Positions 40,601-49,600 of a stretch of 64,000 bases of DNA are shown piece by piece (the stretch's first letter is position 1; every line of letters starts with the position of its first letter). Position numbers and translations under genes: made by a program. Where the stretch lies: NCBI GenBank assembly GCA_965262395.1, contig OZ253531.1, positions 528,838 through 592,837 of the forward strand. Direction: 5' to 3'. The stretch comes from Rickettsiales bacterium (GTDB lineage Bacteria; Pseudomonadota; Alphaproteobacteria; Rickettsiales; Anaplasmataceae). The notes under the pieces are model-generated. The model did not search any database and was not told where the DNA came from. It saw only the letters and a program-made list of their open reading frames with translations.

Positions 40601-43600
40601 AAGGGTAGGCAGCCCTCAGCGAAATATGTTTGCGTCCTTTTTTGAGGGTGCTATAGGTAGTATATTTTCTAATCATGCTGTCAGTAACGCAGAAATAGCA
40701 CAAAACCAAGATTATTGGAATGGGCTTCTAGCACACCCTCATAGAGGTAAGGTTGTTTATTCTAGTGCAGTAATATCCTTTCTTCGTAGAGAAACACTAC
40801 AATCTGGCGATGTAGATGAAAAGCTGAATAATATTCTTGAGGCTGTGGTGACTGCATTAAACCATGAACATATTAAAGGTCATGTGCAAGATGTATTAGC
40901 AATGGATACAGAGGTATTTAGGTTGTTGATAGAGGCTGGATTGTTTAATATTATCAATGATAACAGTATAGATACTGTTGAGGATAAATTTAAAAGATTT
41001 GTTTATGTTTTAGAAAAATTACACCTTGATCAACATATTAATGTCTTGCTTGGTGCTGAAAATAATAAATGTTCGGTGATGTCTATAATTAACAAGCATC
41101 TTCATATTAATAATGACGAAATGATTCCACTGGAATTTGCAGAATTATTTGTAGATAAATTTAAGCCTGATACGCATTTAGCGAATGATTTCGTGATAGA
41201 AAGTACAGAAAAAGCTCCACAAAAAGAGGGTGCTTATGGAGTTATAGACAAAAAAGCTTCTTGTGAAGACATTGTTTTTACAAATAAACCAGTTAGTGCC
41301 ATTTCCAATATTATACTTGATGTTGGTAAACGAGCTACTGTTGCTGTTGATATCAATGTTAATGTGGAGGTAGGTCAAGAGCTTGTTATGGAAGCAGAAG
41401 TAGAGGTAGGGGCAGAAGTTGATGTTCAACAAGAGGAGACTCGTCAAGTACAGGTGGGTAATACGACGGTAGCTGGATTCATCAGAAAAACTGTATATCG
41501 GATTGCGTTTGGTGATGATAGTAAATTCGGAGAGTCTAATGACCTGATTTTTGTCAAGGATAATAAGTTTCTTGATCATGTTGTAAAGAGACTGGAACAT
41601 TTTGTTGAAAATAATCAAATTATTATTGACGACGCTGCTATTAAGTATATCGTTGAGCTGGCACGTAATAAAGAGTATGTCCCTATAAACTCAATTGAGC
41701 AACTAACTGTACTGTTTCCAGGATTAAAATTAGTTGAATATAAAGCAGAGAATTCAGGAGGACGATCTACATATCATATATCATATGACAAAGAGAAAGC
41801 CGAATTTGCTTCTAAAATGTCTACGGGTGGTCGTGATTTTTGGGGTGCTGTGAAAATTCCTGACGATCTTGTAATTAGAAATATATATCAAGGATACAGA
41901 TCAGGCTTTAGCAATATATCTTCAATTGCTAAGGAAATATGGGGAGATGGTAATCCTAATCTTAAGAAAATACTAGAGAAATATAGGGGGTTATTTGATA
42001 CTAAATTTAAAGGGAACACCCTAGATGATAGTACGGTATTTTATGTTATACAGTTCTTATGTGTAATTTATACTAAATCCAATAATATTCAAAGTTCAGA
42101 TGAAAGGCTCTTTTTATCAGAGCAATTATCTATGTTTGATAATCTCCTTGGGACTATATCACGTACTCTCGACAGTGGTGTTATATTCTATTCACAACGC
42201 ATGGATGAATATAGTAATCATTGTGTATCGCAAATGAATAGTACTCAGGAAGTATTTGATTTCAATGCTATTCTTGAGCCATTAGCTGAGATGTCAGATC
42301 AGGCTCTTAATCCTGATAGTGATCGTTCTGCTGATGATTTTACTTCTAAGCTTTATTCATTCGCACGGGCATTGAGTCGTTCAAATGATGAAACAACAAT
42401 AAATCACGCTGTTGAGCATATAAAGCAGTGGGTTTCTACAAGCTGTAACTTAGATTTATTTGTGTCTGCAGAATATTTTATTGGTATGACTAGCTACATG
42501 AGGGAAAAATTTAGATTGGCATCAAGAGATGGCAAGGTATTAACTGGCGAAGATAAATCTACCACTATTTCTAATAAAGGCTATGCCAGCCATCCTTTAC
42601 TGCACTCTCTATTGAGAGGAGATTGTGATTTGGCGAGTATCTATGGTCATATAGGCCTATGGCCTGATTATACAGAGGGGCGTGGTGCAGATTTTGAAAG
42701 TTATGGTAACGAGATACTGCATATATCTCGTAGATGCATTACATTATGTGCAGATATAATTAATTTTTCTGGCAACGATATTCATACTTTGGGTCATCAG
42801 GTTATTGAACTCTCTAATTATATAGTTAAACTCAAAGATCTCATGAAAGTGATAGAGGAAGCTATTAAGCCTAGCCCTGAAAACATGAAAGTGAAATTCT
42901 TAATCTCCAAAAGTGCTGAGTATTTAGCGCAGAGCAAATTATTTACCTATAACGAGATTATTGGGCAACATCTTAGTAGAACGCCAGCAACAAATTTGGA
43001 AGGGAATGGTACGATTAAAGAGAGATTGAAAGCCACATTCGCTAGTAAAGATAAGGAGGTTATTCGTTTTTCTGAAAATGGTAAACAGATGATAGCCGTT
43101 GATCTTCAAAAATCTTTATCTGTTGCGCTTGCAACAGTAAGATTTAATGCCATATCATATGAAGTTTGTAAGGATGAGCAAAATCACCATTTGGTAGACG
43201 TGACGTGGCCTATGGATGCTAAGGGATTTGCGGGTAATCCTACTGTAGGTATGTATGCTAGTAATGATACTGTATGGCATAATAAAAGAGCATTGTATAA
43301 TGAATTATATGCACGTGCTCCATTTATGATACAAGAATTGGCGATATCATATTTTTGTGATTTTCTTTATACAGAGCAACATGGGCAGGATGATGGAAGT
43401 AGACAGTCCTTATCCAAGGCTATGGAGAATGGAGAGTCTGTGATCTTTTTTGAGGAGAGTGAAGCTAACAAAGTTCAAGCTGTATTTGCTAAATTTAATA
43501 AGGATTTTGCTGCGCAAGGAGCTGCTATCTTTTATGATATGATGATAGAAAGAATAGTTACTAATGTTCAAAAATGTGTACAAAATGCTATAGAATCTGC

Positions 43601-46600
43601 TGGTGGTAAAATTGTATTAGCAGATGGCTCTAGTTATACAGGCAGTAAGGATTTCTTTAAAATTAGATATGGTAGTGAAGAAATAGTTAAAGCTCTTAAA
43701 TATGACCCTTGTAATCTTTATTACTTCCTAGAGTGTTATTGTAATCCAGATTTTGCTATTAATAACAAAAAGAGGATGGTCACAACTGGTCGAGCAGTAG
43801 ATGCTAGATTTGCCAGGCCAGAGTTTGATCCTTTGGTTCTTGTAAAAGAGCTTGATGCATATTTTCTTAACATGCGTCTTTCGTATAGGCGTTATTCTAC
43901 ATATAAGGTAACCCAAATAGCATATGAATCAGTAGTGCCTAAAGAATATTTAGATGCATGGAAACAGTGCAAGCTATTATCCCAGCAAATCCTTGGCGCC
44001 CATGACTGTGCTGGTGATGTATTCTCAAAAAGCTTGGAAGTAAAAAGATTGGAAGTTTCACTGGGTGTATTCAACCAAAAGTTCAAGCAGAACACAAAGA
44101 GCTCTATGGATTTGAGGGGTATTCTTAATGAATTAGTTGCAATAGTGAAAGAAGAATGTTGCAGTGCAATGATAGTTCGAAAAATTATTAATGCAGTACA
44201 TTCAGCTGATAATTTTTATGACATAATAGAGTTGAAGAATTTACTATCTCAGATGAAAAATAACGGAAGATTGAAAATCTTTCTTGATATCATATCAGCT
44301 GGTGATAATCCTGGCGTCGGCGCTAGTAACCGAGACTGTAATATGAAGGGTAATTTATTATTCTTAATAAAGAACAATGCGATAAAAGATGGAGTATTAC
44401 AATTAGCTGAATGTAACGATGATGTATTCAGCTTATGGCAAATGATGTACAATAATGAGTTTGGGCGTAAGGGATATGTTGATATCGCCAGTTTCATTCA
44501 GTCTTTCAAATTTCTAAAAGGCATGTTGGGAAGTATCGCGCAAATCATGAGTAGTCAACCTGATAAATATAAAGAAATTGAGACGTCTTTAATCAATATG
44601 GTGAGTAATAATGGTATTGGGGTGCTGAGCTCTCTGTATTCTTTAGTTACATTGGCTGGAACTAATCTCTGCCATCAGATGGATGTAATTGATAGCGTGC
44701 CTATTGAGTATAATGCTGTGACATTAGGATGTCTTAATGCTCTATCAAGTGGTATTATTGCTGTACATGATTATATGGCGCTTAATGAAGAAGATTTAGT
44801 AATTAGTAATGACAGGAAGCACGGTAAAAGTGTTAATGCAATACTTGGGATGCGTAGTGACGAGACCACTATATCAACACAGAATCTGCTCAGTATTAAA
44901 TTTGATGTTAATTGTTCTAAGGTTGAAAAAAATTATAACAGAGCAATGCTTGCCGCTCTTACACGTTGTATAGGATGTCAGATTCCTATCGGTCATTGTA
45001 TTGAGTTCTTCAATATGCTGTATGTGCCAGGAGCTAAAATTGTATTCCACAATGAGATTGCAGTTGATAGTAATTTTGCTCAAAAACAGAAGGATCTTAG
45101 TGATCGTATCCAGGAGCAAGAGCAGTTGCTTTCTCCTAGATATCGTTTTGAATTAGGTCGAATGGTAGTGTGTGCATCAATGAATGATTTGGATTCATTT
45201 GATCTTACAAAAGGCTTATCCCCTAATATTGTTTTATACTTTGCTAGTTTGAATGACACTGTTAAAGACAGCCTTATTACCTATGTAAACGAACATAGCA
45301 TTAGCATAAGATCACTAGAAGATATCATTAAGGAATTAGCGATTCACACAAGTATCTTTGTAGAAACCAATGGATCATGTGTCTTAGAAAAGGCTCATCT
45401 GCAGCAGAGTTTATTAAGTGTGGATAGCATAAGATTTTTGCAAGCACAAAAACAAAAAGGGTTTGCAGCATTATATAGCACTAATGATAATAAGCAAGAT
45501 ATTGCTGAATTAAAAGCTAGAATTGGTGAGCTATGTGAACAACGTAAGAGCGTTATAGCTGAAATAAAAGCAATTGCCGATGAACTCGAGCTAGCTTCTA
45601 AGAGACAGGGTGCAGGACCAGTAGATCAGACCAAGGTGCAGGCTAAAGAACTTAAGGAAGAATCGCTTCGAAGCTTACAAGAGGACATAAGCAAACTACA
45701 GAATCAGTTCAGTGAGACAATAGCTGTGATGAATCAGAAATACTTCCTGCGTTATGAGGTAAATTGCATTAAAGAGAAAGAGGCAAAAGAGCTACGAGGT
45801 GTCGATATTAATCCTTCGGCAGATAGAGTAGAAGTATTCAGCACATTCGATAAAATGATGGGAACTTTAGATGACAATACAGACTTAGAATTCAGATCGG
45901 ATGTGCTGAAATCATTGCATGCAAGGCTATCTACGAAATTACTTGGTCAATGTAAAGAACATCTTCAGAAGAGGATTAATACAATAAGGACATTTCAAAA
46001 TAACTGGAAGAAGCTGATTGCTAGTCTAAGTAAGCATCTAGTATATCAAATGACAGAACTCAGGAAATTAATTAATTCATCTCAATCAAAAAAGTGTGCC
46101 GTTGGTCTAGCGAAATTATTAGAGGAATTCTGTAAACACTATAGCGAAATTACTGCATTACCATATTTAAAGCTTAATACGGAGGATAATCGAGGTGGTC
46201 CTTTGGAGAACATAAGTCAGTTATTTACGTCTATTACTAATTATTGTAGTACCTATAAGTCATGTCCATTCTCATATGAGGGTAACATTGACTCTGGTGA
46301 ATATGAAAAATGGTATCAGACGGTAAGCAAAACTATTAATGACTTCCGATATTTGCTACTAACGACGCTAAAGACTGTTTGGTATGATCCTTTGATAGCA
46401 GATGTAGATGTATTGAATAAAGTAAAAAAGGATATGGATTGCTTGTTATGGGATAAGGTATGCTCTGTAAAACCATGTCAAGCACATAGCGATTGCTACC
46501 ACGAGAGCGCTGTTCAGGATCCATTGAAATTATTATGTATGATTGATAGTGAATCAATAAACATCGATAATGGTTGGGTGGCAAACTTAGGAGACTCACT

Positions 46601-49600
46601 CACTGCATATGACGCCGTTTTAGATAGAGAAGCGAGGTTGTTGGAAGCGGAGCAGAAGATGTTAAATGCCCTTCCTCTCGATCCTGCAAAACAAACAGAA
46701 GCTGTAGATTTTTTCCTTCAGGTAGGGAAGAAAGATGACGCAGTTAAATCGACCTATGAACGGTTATACCAAGAGATACAATGGAATGTATTTGGTAGAA
46801 ACATTGATGACCTTGATGGTAAGACTTCTTATCATCGCACACTAATTTCATCAATACAAAACAGTATGCTATTGGGAGATTATGATAAATTATCTGAGAA
46901 TACAGGTAAGCCAACTGCGATTATTCGCCCTGTTCTTGATACTAAATTTTTATTCGTTATATTAAAACAAATGAACGAATATATGGGAAAATTATCATCT
47001 GAAGATTGGCAATTGTATTACTATACTAGATATTTTAACAATCCAGAACCGGGGAGTTTTAAGAAAGTAACAAGCTGTCTGGAGGGTAACTATAATATAA
47101 TTTGCCAGGAAATTCAGAAATTCATTAACCAGTTTGCTCATGACTCTGAACATACGATTGTAGTAAATCTTAGGAATATTTTGGCTGAATTTCAGAAAAA
47201 TAAGCGTTTTATAGACATTGCTACTGCATTAAGTGGCGGATCTAATCAACAAGGCCCTTGGGCTGTTGATCTGCCTCATATTGCTACAGTGCTTGAAAGG
47301 GAAAAATTAACTCTTGATACTCTATATAAATCGATTAGTGAAATGTTCAGTACTGTATCTGCTGGTTTAGAAGAAATATCTTCATTAATACCGAGTATGT
47401 CTAATAAAGATAGAGCATTCACTATGGTAAGAAAAACCGTGAACGAAGCCTTGGTGGCCAAAGAAGTAGAATCTACTATTGTTCTTGCTACCCCAGTTAC
47501 GCAAGAAATGGTTGGTTTCTCTATTCAGGCGCTTATAATTACTGCGCATCAAGAGAGTCAAGATCAAGTGGAGTGTGAGCAAGAGATAAAAAAATCTAGG
47601 GCTGTATTAGATGAAAGGACTTATTTGCTAGGTATAAAACCTGAGGATCGTCCTGATGAGTGTGAGGTTAAACCTCTAAAGTTAAGTGGTGGAAAAATAT
47701 ATACAAAGGTGAAAAGCTTTCAATGGATTAAACAAACCATTCAGGCAGATGATATAACTGATAGGGATGTGAATCAAAATACCATGATGATGGTGGACGT
47801 ACATAGCTTACTTTCTTATGCAAATGATCAAAATTTAGAGAAAAAGTCTATTCAAGATATCCAGGAAATACTTGCCACTTTAAAAGAAGAATATAACAAT
47901 TCTTCTACTTGTGGAGAAGGACTGGATAAAAATGAATATATTATAACAACTAAGATTAAGATGCTTGCTTGTTTGTCAGAACTATTTTTTAGAAGTACCA
48001 AAAAAGTAGATACGTTAGGTACTATGCCTAATATGGCACAGTTTCTTGTATTATTGCATAATATTCGTGCAAGTGGGGACGGAGGCACAATGTCACAGGT
48101 TGATACAGGTGAAGGTAAGTCTTTAATTATTGTGATATCTGCTGTGATTAGTGCTATATGTGGTGAAAAGGTAGTATGCGTTACACACAATAAGCCACTA
48201 GCAGTAGAAGCACAGCAAAGATACTCTATATTTATGCAAAATGTAAATTTGACCCAATCTGCTATTACTAGTCCATCTGACAAGAACTATGATAGCAATA
48301 TAACTTATGTACCTATAGACAAACTTGTTGCTGACTTTACTATTGATCGAGGACTTCCAAAAGAGAAGCAATGTCTTAGAAGACATTTAAAGAAAAATAG
48401 TAAGATGATGGTTGTTGTTGATGAATGTGACTTTGTGCTGCTGGATAAAGATTCTAGCTCTAATCACAGATTATCTTGTTCTTTGCCAACAGAAGATGAA
48501 AAAAAGCTACTAGACATTAGAATTGCTGTATTAAAGTTTTTAAATAGTGATCTGTATAAAGAAGGTACTTATAAAAGCAAAGAAGAATTATTAAGCATGT
48601 TGAGATATTGGGTATACCAATATATAAATGATGATGATATGAAGAGTATTTTTAATTCAGTTTCTAATAATGAGTGGTTACATGACACTATTTCTTCTTT
48701 CTTGTCTGCGTACGATCTAACAGAAGATCAGGATTTTACTGTTGCTCTGTTCCGCAAGGATAGTGATGGTGAAGTATATAAAATTTCTCCAGTAGCTATT
48801 AATAGTGGTCGTAGAGGAGAGAATTCTTCGTTTAGTCATGGAGTAAGTACTGCTTTAGCTATCATTTTAAAAAATAGTAAAAAGCATAAAGGGAAAAAGA
48901 TCATTGTACCGTCTAATTCCTTAGTAACTGATGTAACTAACGTGGGGCTTACATTTAAGCAGATGCAAGATGCCGGTGATGTAAGGTTTTCATTACTAAG
49001 TGGTACAATTGGTAGTGATACAGAGATTGAAGAAATGTCTAAAGCTTTGAATATTAACAATGTGTGCAAAGTGCCAAGAAATGATGGTAAGAGTAAGCTA
49101 AGCAAAGAAGCAATTCAGTCTGTAGAAAAAGACAAGATAGATACTATAGTTATGATAGAAATAATGAAAGTTATTGCAATAAGGCCTGTATTAATTATTG
49201 TTAATACAATAGCAGAAGCTAACGCATTACGTACCTATGTTGATAATAATAAATTACTGATTGGTAATAGTAAAATCAAACAAGTTTTAAGTATTACTGA
49301 TACTGAGCTTTCTAAAGGTAATTTCTTAAGTACGGAGCTTTATAATATCACTGAAGCAGCTAAAATAGGTAGTGTAACAATTGCAACTCAGGCGGGGGCG
49401 AGGGGTACTAATATTACACCAGAATCGAATGCGTTGAAGAATGGAGGACTGCATGTTGTTATTATAGATGACTTGACCTGTGGTGAGCGTGCAAATAGAC
49501 AAGCAGAAGGTAGGAGTGCTAGGCAAGGACAGCCTGGTAGTGTTGCAAGATATGTGGTGCGTGAAAAACTAGCAAAATTACAACCACGTTCAAAAGAACG

